The notes under the pieces are model-generated. The model was given only the letters and a program-made list of their open reading frames with translations, did not search any database and was not told the origin of the DNA. This document shows, one piece after another, positions 61,101 through 64,000 of a DNA stretch of 64,000 nt. The stretch's first letter is position 1. Each line of letters starts with the position of its first letter. A program made the position numbers and the translations under genes. The DNA comes from Lytechinus pictus (lineage: Eukaryota), in the NCBI RefSeq assembly GCF_037042905.1, contig NC_087251.1:2296001-2360000 (forward strand), in the 5' to 3' direction.

Positions 61101-62244
61101 AAATCTTTGCCTCCTTGGTTGAATAGAGCATATATTTCTTTTACCTCTTGTGAAATGTTGCTCAATCTTTCATTTGTATACTATTAAATTGTCTGCAGGT
61201 GCACTGATTGTGGTGCTTTACTGGAGGAGTATGATGATGATACTATCTCATTGGCTATAGTAGTCCTATCAACATTTGTACACCGTGATCCTGAGTTAGC
61301 TGCACCTCTCCTACTTGAGATGCTACAGGTTGTCGGCCGGTGAGTCTCTCCCCCTCCCCCCTCCCTTTCATTTGAAGGAGGAGGTTTACAAAGTTATTGG
61401 CATCATTTGACCCCAGCTCATTTTGCTCCTTAATAAGCTGTAGAATTGAAGACATTTTCATAGAAGGAGAAAGGAATTGCAACTATCCTGTCAAAATGAT
61501 CAATATTTTGTTCTGGAATTAAAATCTGTAATTGATTGAACATCATAGCATAGAAACTTATATCACTACATGAAAATCCAAAGAATATTCCATGTATTTA
61601 AAAATGTGTATTTCACTTTTCTTTGATATTTATCACACAGAGTTGCCTCAGCTACTTTCTATCCTTGGCAGAGTGAAAGGTAAGAATTAGTCTACCATTC
61701 AGTTATAAATAAAATGTAGTCTAAATGAGAAATATTTCATCAAACTAATGTTTTGGTTCCATACATGTATTTGCTTGATACATTGTATTAAATTGAATTT
61801 AATATTGTGTTTATTCAGTATTAGCTGCCAACCAAGAAAATTCAATACATAGATGTACAGTTGTGCTCAAAGATAGTGAACCCCACCACAAAATGCACTC
61901 GTTCTCGCTGAGCATTGGATGTAGACAACAAAACTGCAATGTTCTGCGAGCCCATAGAAACTTTATTGAATCTAATATTTTATCACCTGACTTCACAATT
62001 AAATATTGAAAAATAACAGAACTTCTACACTTTAAATATGGTTATTTTCTACTGGGGTTCACTAACTTTTGAGCACCACTGTGTATAATACATGTGATCT
62101 AATAGAATGTATTATTGTGTATCTTCAGTATTGGTTGCCCACCTGGACATTGTTGTACTGTGGCCAAACAGTTCTTACGCTGTACCCTTCATCAACTTGC
62201 ACCTAATGGGGTTTTCCCTCAACTCTTCCTCAGCAAGATTGAAG
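5314..62244 (+). CDS. unc79: Protein unc-79 homolog (NALCN channelosome subunit); 40 coding exons in window, 3' end beyond window
   Basis: Spliced translation begins MSTKVEQFAAKIRNVKDYQNRILYNIAPLPTGIDISNTLKYF. It contains recognisable UNC79 blocks (LFHYWP, PPPLYLC, FDIDMCPLPFS, LSWEFFMNRLDTLALEAQ, LWFLEPHCRHSW, CTDCGALLEEYD, AKQFLRCTLHQLAPNG). All introns are GT-AG and phases join without a frameshift (6226 nt). Confidence 0.95.
5598..5683. repeat. (ATT)n microsatellite
   Basis: Direct reading. Confidence 0.9.
5917..6037 (+). CDS. unc79: unc-79 exon 2
   Basis: ttccag acceptor; AAKIRNVKDYQNRILYN...YFIHTLR; gtaagt. Confidence 0.93.
6105..6711. mobile_element. MITE / non-autonomous DNA transposon
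   Basis: 20-bp inverted ends tcatctgaaccgtcatatca / tgatacgacggttcagatga with one mismatch. Confidence 0.7.
7067..7457. mobile_element. PIF/Harbinger-like MITE
   Basis: TIR tacccctttcataaacccaataaaa / ttttattgggtttatgaaaggggta; TTA on both flanks. Confidence 0.82.
7934..8112 (+). CDS. unc79: unc-79 exon 3
   Basis: ILKEGPG...YPSLDYLGLYETLVGLVDIVPLVQYGQF; gtaaga. Confidence 0.87.
8872..9042 (+). CDS. unc79: unc-79 exon 4
   Basis: FGQAILQLFGCILWFLEPETIDTIPHTVASTLAVF...LLPICL; gtgagt. Confidence 0.9.
9654..9792. repeat. Long imperfect hairpin, probably the end of a non-autonomous element starting near 9140
   Basis: ggaaacatcaaatatgtcgcc / ggcgacatatttgatgtttcc perfect 21-bp arms plus inner catattg/caatatg. 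Confidence 0.7.
9975..10991 (+). mobile_element. Non-autonomous Helentron/HINE-like element with ~154-bp internal tandem repeats
   Basis: T-rich flanks, 5' gtcttgcctgc..gcgagac, (GTC)n, ~6 units, 3' gcgggcgagac plus short hairpin. Confidence 0.78.
11081..11365. repeat. Fold-back element with imperfect inverted ends
   Basis: ttatttg..atatgacac..atagatccttg / caaggatctat..gtgtcatat..caaataa. Confidence 0.6.
11402..11697. mobile_element. Fold-back element with ~95-bp arms and a tRNA-like core
   Basis: Arms 11402-11497 and 11604-11697 are near-perfect reverse complements; core has A box, GTTCGAATCC and T6. Confidence 0.75.
12018..12107 (+). CDS. unc79: unc-79 exon 5
   Basis: EVMGWEGETYATMSMSAVIMLVLQHCKNK; gtaaga. 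Confidence 0.87.
12702..12757 (+). CDS. unc79: unc-79 exon 6
   Basis: HHALLVECIMTYKPEVFK; gttagt. Confidence 0.88.
13570..13693 (+). CDS. unc79: unc-79 exon 7
   Basis: DILCTIAFGPSTARGAAANLLFHYWPALVP; gtgagt. Confidence 0.92.
14231..14295 (+). CDS. unc79: unc-79 exon 8
   Basis: WKPILCQRSNCLTPVNNAAVK; gtatat. Confidence 0.87.
14347..15969 (+). mobile_element. HINE-like element with ~157-bp internal tandem repeats
   Basis: 5' tttgtctcgcccac..ggcgagac, (GTCC)-type microsatellite, ~8 units, 3' gtgggcgagac plus hairpin. Confidence 0.82.
14674..14830. mobile_element. 157-bp MITE nested in a HINE repeat unit
   Basis: TIR ggtagcgtttcat / atgaaacgttccc, CTG/CAG flanks; host period lengthened by 160 bp. 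Confidence 0.8.
16599..16687 (+). CDS. unc79: unc-79 exon 9
   Basis: MCMDPSISGKHSKQPPPLYLCSVCSEYVS; gtatgt. Confidence 0.92.
17108..17177 (+). CDS. unc79: unc-79 exon 10
   Basis: ELTKPLQNVLTPLENVSRTCENK; gtaggg. Confidence 0.87.
17816..18024 (+). CDS. unc79: unc-79 exon 11
   Basis: NCASHDKTALYTCFASEC...LVEAII; gtttgt. Confidence 0.9.
18038..18220. repeat. (GAT/GGT)n microsatellite
   Basis: Direct reading. Confidence 0.95.
18475..18565 (+). CDS. unc79: unc-79 exon 12
   Basis: LLKEAHVIEKDPLM...DEFSQ; gtcagc. Confidence 0.87.
19224..19410 (+). CDS. unc79: unc-79 exon 13
   Basis: SRLLSRYGLWLLIEKCTP...GRLLSMLFQWY; gtaagt. Confidence 0.92.
19877..19908 (+). CDS. unc79: unc-79 exon 14 (32 nt)
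   Basis: ttccag / SIVLEGLKKD / gtaagt; needed to restore phase between exons 13 and 15. Confidence 0.85.
20115..22013. mobile_element. 1.9-kb non-autonomous DNA transposon
   Basis: Perfect 14-bp TIR cagagctgccaacc / ggttggcagctctg flanked by cttata on both sides. Confidence 0.72.
22259..22362 (+). CDS. unc79: unc-79 exon 15
   Basis: YVTNWLLKLL...SCLMPTPADYAKVGGH; gtaagc. Confidence 0.9.
22890..22977 (+). CDS. unc79: unc-79 exon 16
   Basis: DTLCSRITELHDGLKNVFALTPYNTITFE; gtgaga. Confidence 0.9.
23521..23733 (+). CDS. unc79: unc-79 exon 17
   Basis: VWDHIMPAWMESI...FDIDMCPLPFS...ALLWLQ; gtatga. Confidence 0.93.
24127..24429 (+). CDS. unc79: unc-79 exon 18
   Basis: VLSEMDIVIPIKLLLSIFNEG...GVMK; donor gtaatt (3' boundary less certain). 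Confidence 0.82.
24475..27905 (+). mobile_element. L2-like non-LTR retrotransposon (probably 5'-truncated) in unc-79 intron 18
   Basis: Uninterrupted EN-RT ORF; 3' end with gcgctta...taagcgc stem followed by an (ATT)n tail, typical of L2-clade ends. Confidence 0.88.
24505..27702 (+). CDS. LINE ORF2: 2A-like peptide, APE endonuclease, reverse transcriptase
   Basis: LLSGDVQLNPGP; WNARSL, ITESWL, GDFN, GHTLD; NYRPIANL, QSAYR..HSTETAL, GVPQGSVVGP, YADD, LHWLP. Confidence 0.92.
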   Translation: MKYCGKHILYYSNTTASFQLRILLSGDVQLNPGPECSNGHSCNSESDVNCSLQVSNDNASGRICYDVNTLYQLNTQLHPLLPQHVWHRVCELGIGRRCRTHRGQRRKISRSQNSFPPSTGLRVGLWNARSLTNKTHVVTDLVIENNLDVLVITESWLSGDRNRDGLVLAGLKLSLPNYDFIHQPRISSRGGGIFVLFRSTTRCSVNPNGDFSSFELFDLTFNLTPSSAVRMFCIYHPPSSSNSVFREEFVTLLEGAVISDHFPLLLGDFNVHVDDPNDNFAKSFISAVESLGFKQHVHDSTHCAGHTLDLLFTRDSCDIVNVNVLSSLPSDRSAIVATMKLPSLQNPKKRVSFRKFRSIDLDIFRNDIRGMLNSPSELTCPSEALDHYNTCLSSLIDRHAPLQVKTVTVRPKSPWFTDDIIEAKRRRRRAERRMIKSGLGADRELYRRECESYYECIFNAQSTYFRNLIAESDTKQLFNIVRSLSSTDHSSVLPDHSSAENLSNRFAEFFREKVSKLVSSFNPAIPGPTTSPSTEHNFSQFRLISDLDIQKLIKSLPSKHCNLDPIPTWLLKNSLEELIPVITKFINLSLSSGIVPEALKTSLLLPLLKKSSLDPNNLGNYRPIANLPFIGKVLERVVTSQLKDHLEGFGMLPVNQSAYRNHHSTETALVKVFNDLLLAVDRGEEAVLVLLDYTAAFDTIDHELLLYRLQNDFGITGTVLDWLRSYLHNRSQQVTINGTLSARFPLVCGVPQGSVVGPLLFILYTSPLSRFIDSHRDIRHAMYADDTQIYITLKPTGKHEAAQKLNSCLEDIKAWSHDSKLCLNESKSEMIHISSKFRNTESFPMLSTTSSTSDSILMCNELVRDLGVTIDKNLTFQQHVKNICKSASFGIFKIGKMRRLLDQPTTAKLTHAFVSSHIDYCNSALSGIPLSHLRPLQRIQNSAARLVTLSRKSEHVTPILKSLHWLPIRQRIIFKVLHMTYKIINGLAPEYLSNLISLRSSSSLRPLRSSTTLQLTLGPRTNTSYGDRAFSVFAPIQWNKLPSYIHNANSLDQFKTLLKTHLFNV
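28225..28735. mobile_element. Harbinger-like MITE
   Basis: ~50-bp imperfect TIR gggtgtgttcaatgt.. / ..acattgaacacaccc; caa duplicated. Confidence 0.8.
28922..29215 (+). CDS. unc79: unc-79 exon 19
   Basis: Pro-rich ITEPFKPP...CFVLMLDLLIMQ; gtgaga. Confidence 0.88.
29258..29400. repeat. (GAT)n microsatellite
   Basis: Direct reading. Confidence 0.95.
30645..30896 (+). CDS. unc79: unc-79 exon 20
   Basis: SDLQYLPFHQG...MLQTPW...HKCTANYE; gtgaga. Confidence 0.85.
31343..31606 (+). CDS. unc79: unc-79 exon 21
   Basis: CSLCELWALWFQLSLKLLERIAP...RITK; gtgagt. Confidence 0.88.
32421..32806. mobile_element. Palindromic MITE
   Basis: Near-complete fold-back centred on ttcatgagtccact..agtggactcatgaa. 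Confidence 0.82.
33080..33097 (+). CDS. Candidate 18-nt microexon of unc-79 (GLTVPE)
   Basis: tttacag|GGGCTCACTGTCCCTGAG|gtaaat; phase 0/0 matches flanking exons 21 and 22; long upstream pyrimidine tract. Confidence 0.45.
34984..35579. mobile_element. Kolobok-like MITE
   Basis: TTAA-aggtcaagtccacc ... ggtggacttgtcct-ATAA, with long internal inverted arms. Confidence 0.72.
35655..35923. repeat. (CAT/CAC)n microsatellite, continuing at 36587-36675
   Basis: Direct reading. Confidence 0.95.
35930..36540 (-). mobile_element. 5'-truncated LINE 3' fragment inserted in a (CAT)n tract
   Basis: ORF end HNFDTRS...IRYTGPKIWNEIP resembles the C-terminus of the 42151 ORF; (TTGAA)n tail on the minus strand. 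Confidence 0.8.
36990..38148 (-). mobile_element. 5'-truncated, frameshifted LINE RT fragment
   Basis: Minus strand GPLLFLIYIND, LFADD, LNASKT, FLGV, YCNVAWG; AATAAA and (CTTGAA) tail. Confidence 0.87.
38287..38446 (+). CDS. unc79: unc-79 exon 22
   Basis: NKTDSTAQGLLAATE...GLKPQK; gtacaa; phase fits. Confidence 0.75.
38878..39002 (+). CDS. unc79: unc-79 exon 23
   Basis: WHTGHGDFTIKLEELPRSLQLLFMLLQ; gtaaat. Confidence 0.87.
39543..39691 (+). CDS. unc79: unc-79 exon 24
   Basis: EVSKHPDPNVLLNLLNCVKVLCLNAECL...ENLLIP. Confidence 0.9.
39993..40162. repeat. (GAT)n microsatellite
   Basis: Direct reading. Confidence 0.95.
40219..40376 (+). CDS. unc79: unc-79 exon 25
   Basis: FWNLLEGELSH...VPLILHCFALPCGAD...WQTRFRA; gtaagt. 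Confidence 0.92.
40839..41020 (+). CDS. unc79: unc-79 exon 26
   Basis: ERVTVMLR...SLAHAF...EDICPAVSARAILMLESI; gtaacc. Confidence 0.92.
41626..41827 (+). CDS. unc79: unc-79 exon 27
   Basis: CLEFQWDSVLEDRVLILSKL...LSWEFFMNRLDTLALEAQ...KEFPFP; gtaagt. Confidence 0.94.
41830..45491 (+). mobile_element. CR1/L2-group non-LTR retrotransposon with intact EN-RT ORF in unc-79 intron 27
   Basis: Pyrimidine-rich 5' region, intact ORF, then AATAAA and a (TTGAA)n tail at 45468-45491; 5' boundary approximate. Confidence 0.88.
42151..45186 (+). CDS. LINE ORF2: APE endonuclease plus reverse transcriptase
   Basis: HLNARSL, ISETWL, YRPP, GDYN, IDNIF, SDHFPI; NYRPISVLP, DLSKAFD, GVPQGSVLGPLLFLLYIND, FADD; first ATG after the exon 27 donor is at 42151. 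Confidence 0.9.
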   Translation: MHNNLKDVHYSLNLNAQSVEDISQDETFHFPTNPCSYYLPDDFCNKYNNSDDRLSLLHLNARSLCSNFSKLEELLTSLDFSFSVIGISETWLNSFMLTSIYNISNYSFVHTCRDSKTGGGVALYISENVEFLERPDLTVNNLFLQTVFIEIVNVNSKNIIVGNVYRPPNTEIDLFLHDMDSLLSKIHNEKKILYLMGDYNINLLNTDRHTKSKEFADNMFSYNLFPVITKPTRISYKSATIIDNIFTNAIQFEYDSGLLYSDISDHFPIFYVAKKFNNISISREPRLKRMINDDGIDCLKKKLSCLDWKPIYASNDVNHAYDLFYSIFYDAYNECLPTVNSKKKNTRFHKPWISSGILKSINKKNILYKNFHRYSGPEKIKKRKEEKYKSYKNCLVKVIRFAKREYYNKKFNTLRGNMKKTWQEINNILGKKAQISLPTKMFYNNESFDTNQMKSNYFNRYFANLGKNLAQVIPDPHTEFMSFLGDNNIHSMFFKPTNINEILKICSSLKSTFSCGSDDIIPSIVKKCIYQCVHPLCHIYNMSLEYGEVPNAFKIAKIVPIFKKGDRKDIVNYRPISVLPIFSKILEKIVFERLYSFLNHNNILISQQFGFRKRYSTYMPIFHMYDRIMQEIDKGNLTIGIFLDLSKAFDTVDHDILLKKMKHYGIRGLALDWFDNYLSNRMQYVVVNGVKSTFSHVSHGVPQGSVLGPLLFLLYINDLVNCSSILNFILFADDTSITLSQKNIIPLINTINIELREVVVWLQCNKLSLNLEKTKFVLFKTQTKKIGNDFPPVIMDGKIISQVSNINFLGIKINEFLSWKPHIDELCTRLSKSTGVLRKLKFILPRHVLISLYNTLVLPHLTYCCMLWGNGFKTHLHRLFLIQKRLIRTVCNAHFNSHTNKLFLDCKILKISDLVLMYTYIFMYNYHSNLLPNIFDNLFNTNASFHSYFTRHSADLHQYLPKTKITQNSLRCRGIKLWNDLNNDIKQSKTINKFKILLKVEFFAQYKNSCQ
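45598..45807 (+). CDS. unc79: unc-79 exon 28
   Basis: TSRSSAG...FMNKLNRARLARSQS...FNFPP; gtgagt. Confidence 0.88.
46484..46573 (+). CDS. unc79: unc-79 exon 29
   Basis: DRSTYSRPANCRGDNFLVGDGLLVNSLFH; strong acceptor and gtgagt. Confidence 0.78.
47270..47385 (+). CDS. unc79: unc-79 exon 30
   Basis: GHLKG...DLTNADKQTVHKLITLLMI; gtgagt. Confidence 0.87.
47792..47845 (+). CDS. unc79: unc-79 exon 31
   Basis: FMTGPTSMDDDQVSGRAM; gtaagt. Confidence 0.85.
48094..48219 (+). CDS. unc79: unc-79 exon 32
   Basis: NTVLRHLTVLLGY...PPHQLRESAVFYAFMAGLPK; gttagt. Confidence 0.92.
48785..48967 (+). CDS. unc79: unc-79 exon 33
   Basis: MLDHNVKVG...LLQYCPSPQ...YTLWFLEPHCRHSWFMSLLIVLYK; gtaagt. Confidence 0.93.
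48897..53243 (+). repeat. 100-bp tandem array (~43 copies) derived from the exon 33 3' end, its splice donor and the intron start
   Basis: Unit cctatggttccttgaacctcactgcagacactcctggtttatgtctctactcattgtactctacaag|gtaagtctttagaagaaaccttaaaactcacac; 43 donor copies counted from 48968 to 53180. Confidence 0.98.
53507..53669 (+). CDS. unc79: unc-79 exon 34
   Basis: YSIDQ...LVRITMNVLESQRHICKP; gtatca. Confidence 0.9.
54151..54980. mobile_element. TIR element with repeated aaaggggttaggtcca motifs in both orientations
   Basis: Ends tatgaaga..ttgcaaaaggggttaggtcca / tggacctaaccccttttgcaa..tcttcata; motif present 7 times. Confidence 0.72.
55060..55643. mobile_element. Kolobok-like MITE
   Basis: TTAA-aggagaatgaaac ... 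gtttcattctcct-TTAA. Confidence 0.82.
55787..56178 (+). CDS. unc79: unc-79 exon 35 (low-complexity region)
   Basis: tttcag acceptor, open S/T/P/G-rich frame, gtaaga donor, phase fits. Confidence 0.83.
56403..58022 (+). mobile_element. HINE-like element with 140-175-bp internal repeats
   Basis: 5' tttttagctcatccggc..gatgagct, cgtccgtc microsatellite, 3' gccggatgagct plus cacatcattgatgtg hairpin. Confidence 0.8.
58415..58609 (+). CDS. unc79: unc-79 exon 36
   Basis: VEEEEEPEPELEVVED...HTAAQ; gtatat. Confidence 0.8.
58982..59382 (+). CDS. unc79: unc-79 exon 37
   Basis: FVTELETA...KKRRKMG...RYHEDKNFMALT; gtaagt. Confidence 0.86.
59542..60875 (+). mobile_element. HINE-like element with ~163-bp internal repeats
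   Basis: 5' tttgtctcgcctgca..gcgagac, (GGC)n, ~6 units, 3' tgcaggcgagac. Confidence 0.82.
61199..61339 (+). CDS. unc79: unc-79 exon 38
   Basis: CTDCGALLEEYDDDTISLAIVVLSTFVHRDPELAAPLLLEMLQVVG; gtgagt. Confidence 0.94.
61641..61679 (+). CDS. unc79: unc-79 exon 39
   Basis: VASATFYPWQSE; gtaaga. Confidence 0.88.
61858..62081. mobile_element. Tc1/mariner-like MITE
   Basis: TA-cagttgtgctcaaa..tagtgaacccc / ggggttcacta..tttgagcaccactg. Confidence 0.78.
62129..62244 (+). CDS. unc79: unc-79 exon 40
   Basis: PPGHCCTVAKQFLRCTLHQLAPNGVFPQLFLSKIE; gttagt. Confidence 0.93.
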
Positions 62245-62389
62245 GTTAGTTCATCAGTCCACATCTCATGATGGTTTCATCAGTTTGGGTCATTATCAAC
62301 ATTTGGGACCTTTCGCAAACCTTAGGGTCCCCTAGCACAAAAGTTAACGCTTAATCATACACTTGATTTTTTTTAATTTTTTTTTTTTA

Positions 62390-63900
62390 ATTAATTTATT
62401 TCCAATTCATTAAAAATACAAGTTGACATCATGATCATGTACAAACAAAGAGACAATAAAAATTAAAACATATCATTGAAACATAAATAAATACAGACGA
62501 AAGTGATAATCAAAGTATTATTGCCAAATCATTGAAACAATATAAAAACAAGACGAGAGATAAATGAATGGGAAACAGGAGTGTACTAAAAAGCCAGGAG
62601 AAGGCTTGTTAAAACGCACACACCCAAAATAAATAAATTCTTAAAATAATTGTAATATATGGATGCGGCAAGTAGCAAAAGAACAAAAACAAATAAAACA
62701 AAAACATCAACATAAAAACATCAACAACAAGACATATAAAGCAAGTCTAATGGAAATTATAGTACGATGAGGATCTTAGTAACTTTGGATCAGTTTATTT
62801 TTATATTGCTTTTTAAAAATATTATGAAAGGTAATATTAAATTGTTCAAGATTCAGACTATTCCATATTGTGGGACCAGTGTGACGCAGTGAAAATTTAG
62901 ATAAGTCATTCTTGTAATTCCATCTGTGAAGTTTTCGTGAAGACCTTGTATAGTGATTATGTATATTACAATTGAAAGAAAACATATTCATTAATTGAGG
63001 AGAAAGGGTTCCAGTATGATACCGCTGCATTAAAGAAGCAATCTGTAGTTTATTAATATCTTGTAATTTAAGGGTTCTTAACAACTTAAATAGTTTCGAA
63101 GTAGGTGCTCTATAATCTGATCCCATACAAATACGTATAGCTTTTTTCTGTAATAAAAACAGTTTGTGTAGATGGCAAGAATATGTATTTCCCCATATTG
63201 AGTTACAATAGGTCAAATGTGATAAAATGAAAGCGTTAAAAAGAGTAAATAAAATGTTTTTTGGCAAGTCATATTTGAGTCGATTTAGAACTCCAATAAA
63301 ACGAGAAACCTTATTACAAATAAAATTAATGTGAACATCCCAACAGAGTGTGTTACTCAATATAACACCTAGAAATTGCACAGAGTCATAGAATTGGAGA
63401 CGGGTTCCGTCTATCTTTAAAACAATGTTGGAAGTATTATATTCACTTCGTGAATTGAAGTGTATCAGACTGAATTTTTTAGCCATCAAATTACCTACTA
63501 ATTCATTAAATTTTGAAGATAAATAGTATTTAGATGGTTCAGATGTATAGAGACCATCATCTTATTCGATATTTTCTAATATGTTGTCTTCAGAAATCGT
63601 AGATTTATGAACGTTTGTAATTTCATCTTGAGAGTGAAAGGTAGATAAAAACAAGGCCTCGAAATCAGTGTCGTCTAATTCGTAGAAGGGTAGAAAATGA
63701 GAAAAATTTGGTTCTTCGTTCGAATCTGAACAAGAGATATAGTTTAAGTCCTCAGTAGGAGTCAGATCAGTAATTACAGTGTTATTTTTTGACATTACGA
63801 ATACAACAAAAACAAAACAGGGCAAAACAAAAATCAAATTGAACAACAACAAAAAATCGAATCAAATATCAAATATTGTAAAATTGAAATGAGAATATGA
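62390..63900 (-). mobile_element. Internally deleted LINE lacking most of EN and the RT core
   Basis: EPSKYYL...FSLIHFNSRS (EN start) joined directly to post-RT FLGV...YCNSIWG...GPTIWN; AATAAA/A-rich tail; 5' boundary approximate. Confidence 0.8.
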
Positions 63901-64000
63901 GGGGAAAATCTTTCATTGGAATGCATCAGGAATGTCTAGTATTTATTGCACATCATACTAGTTTGCGTAGTTGTTCGAAGTGTTCATATACTTTCAAGGT

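Overview
This is AT-rich animal genomic DNA, not prokaryotic. The repeat repertoire suggests an echinoderm such as a sea urchin, which is an inference. One large + strand gene fills the window: an UNC-79 homolog (NALCN channel complex subunit). I traced 40 GT-AG coding exons from the ATG at 5314 to 62244. Their phases are consistent and give about 2075 codons, and the gene continues past the right edge. The introns hold two full-ORF non-LTR retrotransposons (EN+RT), three antisense LINE remnants, four Helentron/HINE-like elements with internal satellites, many MITEs, SINE-like sequence and microsatellites. The most unusual signals are: (1) a 43-copy 100-bp tandem array built from the end of exon 33 plus its splice donor, whose units read as a 60-nt GT..AG intron plus a 40-nt segment open in all three frames; (2) exon 27 running in frame without a stop into a complete LINE EN-RT ORF; (3) an L2-like element with a variant 2A ribosome-skip motif and a mutated endonuclease His; (4) TA-CATG-TA Tc1/mariner-type footprints caught inside the array; (5) an internally deleted LINE with an in-frame junction; (6) a candidate microexon and a candidate RBFOX-flanked poison exon. 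All calls come from reading the sequence; no searches were run.
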